Shown: positions 51,027-57,750 of the stretch, in pieces
Numbering within the stretch: the stretch's first letter is position 1
Layout of the letters: each line of letters starts with the position of its first letter
Origin: Capsulimonadaceae bacterium
Lineage (GTDB): Bacteria > Armatimonadota > Armatimonadia > Armatimonadales > Capsulimonadaceae
Assembly (NCBI GenBank): GCA_965215505.1
Contig: OZ244065.1
Span: forward strand, 1,632,001-1,696,000
Direction: 5' to 3'
DNA length: 64,000 bases
Program-made: the position numbers and the translations under genes
The notes under the pieces: generated by a model
What the model was told of the DNA's origin: nothing
The model's database searches: none
What the model saw: only the letters and a program-made list of their open reading frames with translations

Positions 51027-52628
51027 TCAGGCGACCGCGAAGTCGCTCATGACGTTCGGCGTTGCGGTCGAGAACCCGACCACGTCCATCATGCCCGCGT
51101 CGTCGGGGTCGGCGATGGTGAATTTATTGGACACCATGCCGCAGACGATCAGCTTGGCCGGGATGCCCATGCGCTCCCGGTACAACCGCAGGGCCTGGAC
51201 CGGCTGGATGTTCCCCGCCCACGTCTCCGAGTCGGTGTAGACGACGAACACGTCCGCTTCGACCTTGTTCTTCAGCGCCCAGACCATCGGCAGGGCGCAG
51301 TCGGTCCCGGCGAAGGGCAGACCGCTGACCGTCTTCAGCACGTCGTCGAGCCGCTGGCGCGGGCTGATATTCAGCGGCATGAACGTCGTCGAGAACGCCA
51401 TGAACCGGTGACGCGCCTCGGTCGCCGCCGTGATCAGGGCCATCGCCGCGCTGGCGACGCGCGGCGTCAGGCCCGGAACGCCCGCGATCTGACCGCCCTC
51501 CATCGAGCCGGACACGTCCAGGGCGAGCAGCCACCGCTGGCCGGTCGGCGTGACGTTGCCGAACGAGGCGTAGAACGCCGCGTCCAGGGCGTCCACGATG
51601 GCGGGGACCGGCGTCCAGCTATTCCCACCGCGCTCGCCATGCCCCTGGGCATAGGTCTTCAGGGCAGACAGGACCTGAATCGGATGGACCCGCGCCTTCC
51701 GCAGACGCGCCCCGTCGGTGATCTGCGCGGCCACCTTCTGAGTCTCCGGCCCCATCGAAGTGAGCAGGCCCACCCGCGTCAGGGTCGCCAGGTTGCGGAT
51801 GAGCGCCGTCATCGGCATCTCCTCCAGCAAGGCCTCCCAGACGAACGGGTCGGTGAGCCACTGCGTCGGGACCGCCTCACGCGGCAGCCGGTACTCGCGA
51901 ACGAGTGCGGCGACCTGCGCCGCCGTCTCTGCCGTTTTGACCCGCTCCGATGCCCAGACCAGCCGCAGGGCCGGGTCCGGGTGGGGCATCTCGCCGACCG
52001 ACTCCCACCCCTGGGTCAGCCAGTGGTAGAGCGCGAAGTGCTGCTCCGTCGCGGGCTTCGGGTGCGAGAGCCGCAGCAGGTCGCGGTGGCTCCAGCCGTC
52101 CCGCTGCCCGTACTTGACCGCCTGGTAGGCCAGCCTGTCGGCGGGCATCTGGGCGTACCAGTTGCCGACCGCCTGCCGCAGCCCGCGGCCCCAGCCGCGC
52201 ATCCCGTCCACATACTGCGCGAAGTGGAACAGGTGCGTCCCGATCCGTGCCACGACCGGCAGGGCCGCCAGCGCCTTCCGGCGCGTGTCCTCGTCGCCGA
52301 GTGCAGCGCACATGGCGAGTGCGAACAGGGCGGGGTCGTTCTTCGGCGCGCGCCCGGCCTCGGACACGGCGACGATCTCGCGTACGACGCGCGGGCCGTC
52401 CGCGCCGATGCACCGCTTGACCGCCTCGGCGTTCTCCAGCGTCAGGGTCGTCTCGCCCGCGTAGAACGAGCCGCCCTCGGTTCCCAGCGCGAGGAATCGT
52501 GCCAGCCGCGTCCAGTCGTCCACGGCGAAGGTGAACCCGCCCGCGCTGTTCGCGACCTGGGCCGAGCCGGGGATGGGCCGGCTCTGCGGCGTCACTTTCT
52601 TGTTAAAAACCGTCTTCAAGTACGTCAT
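51027..52628 (-). CDS. rsr: Ro60/Rsr TROVE-vWA RNA-binding protein
   Basis: NSAGGF, RFLALGTEGGSFY, GWGRGLR, KYGQRDGWSHRDLLRLSHP, ALIRNL, vWA DVSGSM, GTDCALP, YTDSET; ATG at 52628 after AAAGGAG. Confidence 0.97.
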   Translation of the reverse strand: MTYLKTVFNKKVTPQSRPIPGSAQVANSAGGFTFAVDDWTRLARFLALGTEGGSFYAGETTLTLENAEAVKRCIGADGPRVVREIVAVSEAGRAPKNDPALFALAMCAALGDEDTRRKALAALPVVARIGTHLFHFAQYVDGMRGWGRGLRQAVGNWYAQMPADRLAYQAVKYGQRDGWSHRDLLRLSHPKPATEQHFALYHWLTQGWESVGEMPHPDPALRLVWASERVKTAETAAQVAALVREYRLPREAVPTQWLTDPFVWEALLEEMPMTALIRNLATLTRVGLLTSMGPETQKVAAQITDGARLRKARVHPIQVLSALKTYAQGHGERGGNSWTPVPAIVDALDAAFYASFGNVTPTGQRWLLALDVSGSMEGGQIAGVPGLTPRVASAAMALITAATEARHRFMAFSTTFMPLNISPRQRLDDVLKTVSGLPFAGTDCALPMVWALKNKVEADVFVVYTDSETWAGNIQPVQALRLYRERMGIPAKLIVCGMVSNKFTIADPDDAGMMDVVGFSTATPNVMSDFAVA

Positions 52629-52640
52629 CGTCTTTGTCTC

Positions 52641-52662
52641 CTTTCGGCCCCAGTGGGGCAAG
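52641..52662 (-). promoter_or_regulatory. Minimal Ro60-binding-type hairpin abutting the ro60 Shine-Dalgarno
   Basis: CTTGCCCC-ACT-GGGGCCGAAAG: the same bulged-C helix as the Y RNAs, running into AAAGGAG. Confidence 0.6.
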
Positions 52663-52665
52663 TGC

Positions 52666-52744
52666 CGGACAGGCAAGGGGTGCGCCTGGGTGTTGGTTTT
52701 CTGGTTTCAAGAAGAGTGTTAACCCAAACACTTCGGCCCGTCCG
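52666..52744 (-). ncRNA. Y RNA E1 (canonical topology)
   Basis: 5' CGGACGGGCCGAAGTGTTTGGGTTAA pairs with 3' CCCAGGCGC...TTGCCTGTCCG, leaving a bulged C. Confidence 0.85.
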
Positions 52745-52762
52745 TGTCACAGTGTCACGATC

Positions 52763-52909
52763 TGAAGAGCGGCAGGACTTGCACCTGCACTGCCTCTCGG
52801 CAACGCCGTCCCTGATAACCGTTATCCTGCGGCCTGCAAGCGGGCAAAGGTCGGTAACGGGAATGCCTTGCGGCCACGACGCGCGTCTGCTGATTTCGCC
52901 ACGCTCTCC
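52763..52909 (-). ncRNA. tRNA-like/Y hybrid E2 (tRNA-Leu-like, long variable arm)
   Basis: GGAGAGCG/CGCTCTTC acceptor, TGGCGAAATCAGCAGACGC D arm, TGCCGAGAGGCA variable arm, GCAGG-TGCAAGT-CCTGC T arm; internal TTTGCCCGC-TT-GCAGGCCGCAGGATAACGGTTATC. Confidence 0.8.
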
Positions 52910-52915
52910 ATCGTT

Positions 52916-52937
52916 GGTTCAGGCCATGGCCTGAACC
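52916..52937. repeat. Perfect 22-bp palindrome, possibly a collapsed Y-RNA stem
   Basis: GGTTCAGGCCATGGCCTGAACC resembles the ends of E6 and E8. Confidence 0.6.
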
Positions 52938-52957
52938 GGCTCCGTCGTCAGTATGCA

Positions 52958-53095
52958 TGAAGAGCGGCAGGAGTCGAACCTGCTGCCTCCGGGGTGAAAG
53001 ATAACCGTTTTCCTACGGCCCGCATCGCAGGCAAGTGGCGGAAACGGGAACCGCCTTGCGGCGACCCGGTGAGCTGCCGTTGCTCCACACTCTTC
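52958..53095 (-). ncRNA. tRNA-like/Y hybrid E3
   Basis: GAAGAGTG/CGCTCTTC acceptor, GAGC-AACGGCA-GCTC D arm, CCGGG/CCCGG stem, GCAGG-TTCGACT-CCTGC T arm; internal TTGCCTGC-GAT-GCGGGCCGTAGGAAAACGGTTATC. Confidence 0.83.
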
Positions 53096-53100
53096 ATCGC

Positions 53101-53218
53101 TGGCTCAGGCAAGGTGATTGCCTACGGGTGTCACCCCGTACTGGAGTTCATCGCTCCAGCGCTTTGCTCTTGGTCAGGGTGCGATCACTCGATAACCCGT
53201 ATGCTGCGGCCCGAGCCA
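53101..53218 (-). ncRNA. Y RNA E4 (canonical topology)
   Basis: TGGCTCGGGCCGCAGCATACGGGTTATC ... CCCGTAGGC...TTGCCTGAGCCA. Confidence 0.85.
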
Positions 53219-53235
53219 TTCTTATCCAGTTGTCA

Positions 53236-53344
53236 TGGAGGCGATCGGAGTCGAACCGATGACCGTGTGGTAACCATCTTCCAGCGGCCCGCGAAGCAGG
53301 CAAAAGGCGGCGATGGGTTGCTCTACCTACTGAGCTACGCCCCC
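53236..53344 (-). ncRNA. tRNA-like/Y hybrid E5 (Ala-like acceptor)
   Basis: GGGGGCG/CGCCTCC-A with G3.U70, GCTC-AGTAGGTA-GAGC D arm, ATCGG-TTCGACT-CCGAT T arm; internal TTTGCCTGC-TTC-GCGGGCCGCTGGAAGATGGTTAC. Confidence 0.85.
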
Positions 53345-53350
53345 GCCTGT

Positions 53351-53416
53351 GGTTCAGGCAAATGCCGCGCCTGGGGGTAATCTTAACAGGATAACCCAGG
53401 CGCTTCGGCCCGAACC
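53351..53416 (-). ncRNA. Y RNA E6 (minimal, canonical topology)
   Basis: GGTTCGGGCCGAAGCGCCTGGGTTATC ... CCCAGGCGCGGCATTTGCCTGAACC. Confidence 0.87.
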
Positions 53417-53442
53417 GGTGTCTCGCTCTTCGTATCCAGTTG

Positions 53443-53567
53443 TGGTGGAGAGCGGGAGGATTCGAACCCCCGACCCCGTCAGTGATAATGATAACCGTCA
53501 TCCAGCGGCCCGCGGGGCAGACAAAGGGCGGAGACGGATCGTGCTCTGCCACTGAGCTACGCTCCCC
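53443..53567 (-). ncRNA. tRNA-like/Y hybrid E7 (Ala-like, encoded CCA)
   Basis: GGGGAGCG/CGCTCTCC-ACCA, GCTC-AGTGGCA-GAGC D arm, GGGGG-TTCGAAT-CCTCC T arm; internal TTTGTCTGC-CCC-GCGGGCCGCTGGATGACGGTTATC. Confidence 0.85.
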
Positions 53568-53630
53568 GTATTCGGCGATCCGCTATTCAGTTATGACCGG
53601 CCCCGCCTGGCAGCAGGGCCGGAAAAGGAC

Positions 53631-53720
53631 GTTCAGGCAAAAGGCGTCCTGGGATCATCCCGTTGCCGGGATTTGGATTCGAACCAGTGTGCCAGATAAC
53701 CCAGGGACTACGGCCCGAAC
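53631..53720 (-). ncRNA. Y RNA E8 (canonical topology with an internal T-loop, YrlA-like)
   Basis: GTTCGGGCCGTAGTCCCTGGGTTATC ... TGG-TTCGAAT-CCA ... CCCAGGAC...TTGCCTGAAC. Confidence 0.85.
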
Positions 53721-53744
53721 TTCAATCTTCGTCGTGGTCTTCGC

Positions 53745-54077
53745 CTAGAACCGGAAGGCCGCGAGGCAGCCCGCGAGGCAGGCCAGAAGCAGCAGGAGCA
53801 TGAGCGCGTCGGAAACGCGCGACAGGCCCGCGTTGTGGCCCTTGCCATCCCGCTTCGGCTCCGGCGCGGGCGGCGGGGCGAACTCCAGGATGATCAGGTT
53901 GCCGCGCCGCTCGATCACCCGTCCCACGCTCCTGCCGGGGGGCTTCGGGTTACGCTCCGGGGGATGGCCCGTGCGCTCCGCGAAATAGTGGACCAGACAC
54001 AGCGGCGCAGCTGTGTCGCCCCCGCTGTCCCCCACCCCCTGCATGTCTTCGTCGTACTCCGTGATGTCGTATGTCAC
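53745..54077 (-). CDS. Small hypothetical protein with C-terminal TM segment
   Basis: GAAGGAG RBS before GTG; C-terminal LMLLLLLACLAGCLAAF. Confidence 0.6.
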   Translation of the reverse strand: MTYDITEYDEDMQGVGDSGGDTAAPLCLVHYFAERTGHPPERNPKPPGRSVGRVIERRGNLIILEFAPPPAPEPKRDGKGHNAGLSRVSDALMLLLLLACLAGCLAAFRF

Positions 54078-54103
54078 TGGTTTCTCCTTCAGGAAAAGCG
54101 TTC

Positions 54104-54160
54104 AAAGAAAAAGACGCCCACCGCTCGGCTTGTGGGCCTTTGCGGTGGGCGTCTCTTTCT
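54104..54160 (-). terminator. Intrinsic terminator/attenuator in the leader of the Y-RNA-ro60 operon
   Basis: AGAAAGAGACGCCCACCGC...GCGGTGGGCGTCTTTTTCTTT. Confidence 0.8.
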
Positions 54161-54186
54161 CACGGGTACACGAGTGTGGTGAGTGT

Positions 54187-54333
54187 CTAAGGGACGAGTC
54201 CTCCGTCAAAGGAAGCAGTCGGGCGCTGGTACTGGGCGTTCACGAGCCACTGCCCACGACCGGCGGGGTCGGACTGGTGGCGCTCGCTGGTTAATGTGCT
54301 AACGTAAATCATGCTGGTCTGCTTCAGTGTCAT
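54187..54333 (-). CDS. Putative 48-aa leader peptide
   Basis: GAGG before ATG; MTLKQTSMIYVSTLTSERHQSDPAGRGQWLVNAQYQRPTASFDGGLVP*; lies between the promoter and the terminator. Confidence 0.5.
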   Translation of the reverse strand: MTLKQTSMIYVSTLTSERHQSDPAGRGQWLVNAQYQRPTASFDGGLVP

Positions 54334-54373
54334 TGTCCTCGGCTGCTCCTTTCACTAAAATCGGTTGGTGCGT

Positions 54374-54403
54374 ATGATACCCATACGTTCAGCGGCTTGT
54401 CAA
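54374..54403 (-). promoter_or_regulatory. Sigma70-type promoter of the leader/Y-RNA/ro60 unit
   Basis: TTGACA-18 nt-TATCAT; inverted repeat CGTATG-N5-CATACG overlaps the -10. Confidence 0.68.
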
Positions 54404-54432
54404 GGGGTGGGGCGAAATAGTTTTGCGCGGCC

Positions 54433-55695
54433 TCACAGCTTCGTGCTGCTGTTGAGGAAGGACTGGGCGTAGATGCCGCCGCGGAGGGCATCACTGGCGG
54501 CCTTGGCGAGCGAGGCGGTCGTCTCGCCGGGGTGCAGGGCCACGTCCGCGGGGGTGATCGTCAGCAGCGGCTTGTCGGAGATCAGCACCTGGTCGCCGCT
54601 GGACTCGATTTGGTACATCTGCAAGCCGCCGTCCAGCAGCGTGTTGAAGCGGTCGGCGATGGCCTTGGCCCGGTTCAGGTCCGGGTCGGACAGGGTCGGC
54701 AGGGTGTGGTTGACGAACACGATGTCCTCCCCGCCGCCCGGCGCGGGGTGGACGAGGGCGTGGGGGGCGTCGGTCGCCTCGCGGACGGCGTGTGTGGTGA
54801 TGGGGACGTTCATGGCATCGAGTTCCGCGCGGATCATCCCGACGCGCTCGGTCGTGTAAGGGTGGTCCATTAGGATGCCCAGCTCGACCTTGGGGCTGCG
54901 GGCCTCGATGTCGGCCAGCCGCTGCATGAACGTCATCATGGCGACGGGATTGTAACCCGCCTTCTGCAAGAGGAGGGTGCCGCCATGGTCGGCGTCCGCC
55001 TCGGCGGCCTGGCTGTATTTGGTGTTGAGGATGCCCATCTGCGCGTACTGCGCGCCCGCCGCGAGGTTCGCGATGTCGGTCGTGTTGACGTGGGCAACGA
55101 TTGCGGCCAGCAGACCCGCGATCATCTCGGTGTTCATCTTGGACTGCTCGTGCGACAGCGACTGGATGTGGTGGTGGGCGGCGTGGGTGATCTCGTGGGC
55201 CAGGACGCCGGCCAGCTCGTCGTCGGTGCGGACGAACTTCAGCAAGCCGGAGTTGACGTAGACGTAGCCGCCCGGCAGCGAAAAGGCGTTGACGTCCTTC
55301 TCGTCAATGACGAAGAAGTGCCAGGTGAAGGGGAAGGTCCTGTCGTTGCCGTAGTCGGCGTGATAGGTCGTCGTGTTGGCTATGGCGGCGAGCTTCTGGC
55401 CGATGGCGTTGACTCGGTCCAGAACGGCCTTGTCCTTGACCATCTTGACGGCCTTGTTGACCTGTGCGGAGGCGTCCGCACCCTGCTTTGCCTCGTCGGC
55501 GGCCTGGGCCTTGTCGCGGGCGGACAGAGGCGCGGGCGTCGCCATGGAGAGCGCGCCCGTCGGGGGGAGGCCGGCGGCACGGGCGGACACCCCCCACCCC
55601 AGGCAGGCCAGGGTCGTAAACAGCAGAGGCTTGATGTTCGCGGGGGGCTTGATGTTCGCGGGGGGCTTGATGTTCGCGGGGGGCTTGATGTTCAT
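54433..55695 (-). CDS. M48-family metallopeptidase (BepA-like)
   Basis: NAFSLPGG, ELAGVLAHEITH, EADAD, DHP. Confidence 0.9.
   Translation of the reverse strand: MNIKPPANIKPPANIKPPANIKPLLFTTLACLGWGVSARAAGLPPTGALSMATPAPLSARDKAQAADEAKQGADASAQVNKAVKMVKDKAVLDRVNAIGQKLAAIANTTTYHADYGNDRTFPFTWHFFVIDEKDVNAFSLPGGYVYVNSGLLKFVRTDDELAGVLAHEITHAAHHHIQSLSHEQSKMNTEMIAGLLAAIVAHVNTTDIANLAAGAQYAQMGILNTKYSQAAEADADHGGTLLLQKAGYNPVAMMTFMQRLADIEARSPKVELGILMDHPYTTERVGMIRAELDAMNVPITTHAVREATDAPHALVHPAPGGGEDIVFVNHTLPTLSDPDLNRAKAIADRFNTLLDGGLQMYQIESSGDQVLISDKPLLTITPADVALHPGETTASLAKAASDALRGGIYAQSFLNSSTKL
55628..55693. repeat. 18-bp tandem repeat (about 3.7 copies) encoding NIKPPA
   Basis: GGCTTGATGTTCGCGGGG repeated at the N-terminus of the M48 gene. 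Confidence 0.9.
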
Positions 55696-55751
55696 GGCAT
55701 GTTTTCCAGATCGCCGACGCATATGCCGGAAGGATATGATATAATGGCGCT

Positions 55752-56834
55752 ATGACCCGTATGTACGTTCTGACGGTTCTTTTCCTGCTCGCGCTCCTGC
55801 ATCCCGTCCGGGCGGACGACACGCTGCCCGCCCTGCTTGGGCAGGCACAGAAGGCCAAGGATGCGGGACAGGTGGAGGAGGCATTGGGCGCGCTGGTCAC
55901 GGCCCGCCGGTCCTATCCGACCTCGAACGAGGCGGCGCGGCGGCTGGAGACGCTGGTCGGAGCGGGCCTGCCGCCGCACCTTCGGAGCGACTGGCTCGGC
56001 GCTGTGCCGGTAGACGCCACCTCTTTGCCTTACGACCTCGGCACCCTTATCGTTCCCAAAACCTACCTGCCGACACACGCCGAGGAGCCTCAGCACCACT
56101 GGTCGTTCGCTAAGGCGGCCTACGTCTACTCTGCGGACGGTCAATCGCTCCGCCTGTTCTGCGCGGTGCATTACCCCACCGACGCGGACGCCGCATTGGC
56201 GGCGCGCATCGCCCGCCTGCTCGCGCTGGCGCACCAGACCTTGACGCGCAGGACCGGATCGGAGGCCGCCAACGGGGCCGTCCCATTCGACGTCTGGCTC
56301 TGCACCGGGGGGCAGAGCGGCGGCGAGCAGTGGCGCGACAACCTGTACCTGTACGACATCGAGACGCCCCGCTCGTCCATCGAGTGGCTGCGCGAGACGG
56401 TCCACGAGTACGCCCACCTCGCCCTGCCCGCCATCGGCGGCTACGAGGCACCCGAGTATTGGGCCAACGGCTACCTCGGCGAGCGGCTCCTGGTGCGCTG
56501 GATGGAGCGCGGACCGGACGGGCCGGCCCATGTCGAGGCGCTGTGGGGCGACTTCAGCGGTGCCCCCAACTTCGACCGGCTCCTGATCGCCCCCCCGCTG
56601 GCGCTCTACAGGAAGATCGGCCCAAGCCCCATCTGGCTGGCGCGCAAGGACGAGGCTGGGATGCGCTATCTGATCGGGCAGGCCTTGACTTTTGACGACA
56701 AGTATGGCGCGTCGCGTCTAGGGGACGCCTTCCGACGGCTGCCCCGCTTCCGCGAGGCGACCGCCAAAGACTTCGCCGCCGCGCTGGCCGAGTCGCTCGC
56801 GGCGGACCCTGCCCACGCCCAGGGCACCCCATGA
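55752..56834 (+). CDS. Secreted hypothetical protein with HExxH motif
   Basis: Signal peptide; ETVHEYAH...EYWANG; overlaps the ispE start. Confidence 0.7.
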   Translation: MTRMYVLTVLFLLALLHPVRADDTLPALLGQAQKAKDAGQVEEALGALVTARRSYPTSNEAARRLETLVGAGLPPHLRSDWLGAVPVDATSLPYDLGTLIVPKTYLPTHAEEPQHHWSFAKAAYVYSADGQSLRLFCAVHYPTDADAALAARIARLLALAHQTLTRRTGSEAANGAVPFDVWLCTGGQSGGEQWRDNLYLYDIETPRSSIEWLRETVHEYAHLALPAIGGYEAPEYWANGYLGERLLVRWMERGPDGPAHVEALWGDFSGAPNFDRLLIAPPLALYRKIGPSPIWLARKDEAGMRYLIGQALTFDDKYGASRLGDAFRRLPRFREATAKDFAAALAESLAADPAHAQGTP

Positions 56835-57724
56835 GCAGTCTAGCACGGAACGCCCACGCCAAGATCAACCTGACGCTTGATGTCGGCACGCGCCGTCCCG
56901 ACGGCTATCACGACATCCGCTCCGTCATGCAAACGGTCGCGCTGCATGACACCCTAACAGTCACCCGGACGCCGGACGTTCCCGGCGTCCGCCTGGAAGT
57001 GACGGGCGAAGAGGGCGAGGGCGTCCCCGCCGACGAGTCCAACCTGGTCCACCGGGCGGCCGTGCGCCTGCAAAAAACCGCCGCCGCGCGCGGGAGTGTG
57101 CCGGGTAATGAGAGTGGCCTGTATGTCCTCCTGTACAAGCGCATCCCCTCTCAGGCCGGGCTGGGCGGCGGCAGCAGCGACGCGGCGGCCACACTGCTCG
57201 CCGTCGATGCGCTGTTCGGCCTGACGCTTCCTCATGCGCGCCTCGCAGAGATCGGCGCGGCCCTGGGGGCGGACGTGCCTTTCTTCTTGACGGGCGGCAC
57301 GGCTTTGGTGGAGGGCCTGGGCGAGCGCGTCTCGCCCCTGCCGCCGCTGTCCCCGCCCTGGCACTTGGTGATCGTCAAGCCGCCCGTCGGCGTCCCGACG
57401 GCGGCGGCCTATGCCGCCCTAGATGCCCTGCCGGGGCGTGTGCCGGGGGCGGCGACGGAGGCTTGGCTGCGGGGCGGACGGAACCCGGCGAACGACTTCG
57501 AGCGGGTAGTCTTCCCCGCCTACCCCGAGGTCGCATCGGCCCACGCCCTACTCCGTCAGACAGGCCAGGACGGGGAAAGTTTCACGCCCCTGCTCTGCGG
57601 CAGCGGTTCGTGCCTCTTCCGCCGGGTCTTGACGGCGGAAGACGGGCGGCGCATAGCGGAAGAGATCGAGAATGCCGGCCTGGGCAGATGCTGGGTAACG
57701 GCGACAGTGGGGGCAGGCGAATGA
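56831..57724 (+). CDS. ispE: 4-diphosphocytidyl-2-C-methyl-D-erythritol kinase
   Basis: AKINLTL, DGYH, IPSQAGLGGGSSDAA, GADVPFF, CGSGS. Confidence 0.95.
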   Translation: MSSLARNAHAKINLTLDVGTRRPDGYHDIRSVMQTVALHDTLTVTRTPDVPGVRLEVTGEEGEGVPADESNLVHRAAVRLQKTAAARGSVPGNESGLYVLLYKRIPSQAGLGGGSSDAAATLLAVDALFGLTLPHARLAEIGAALGADVPFFLTGGTALVEGLGERVSPLPPLSPPWHLVIVKPPVGVPTAAAYAALDALPGRVPGAATEAWLRGGRNPANDFERVVFPAYPEVASAHALLRQTGQDGESFTPLLCGSGSCLFRRVLTAEDGRRIAEEIENAGLGRCWVTATVGAGE

Positions 57725-57750
57725 CGACGGGTGAAAAATGAGTGTGAAAA

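Noticed and set aside
52629-52676. ORF-track N-terminal extension of Ro60 (MPVRHLPHWGRKETKT)
   Set aside because: It overlaps Y RNA E1; the ATG at 52628 has a clear AAAGGAG RBS.
52763-53567. Ordinary or intron-containing tRNA genes, or tmRNA
   Set aside because: No 7-nt anticodon loop; the inserts carry the Ro motif and are too short for self-splicing introns; there is no tag-reading frame and the RNAs are far shorter than tmRNA.
52666-53720. CRISPR array interpretation of the repeated GATAACC...CGGCCC motif
   Set aside because: Repeats are degenerate, irregularly spaced and co-vary as RNA helices; no cas genes are in the window.
52755-53748. Short ORFs across the Y-RNA array
   Set aside because: No recognisable motifs; the sequence is better explained by RNA structure.
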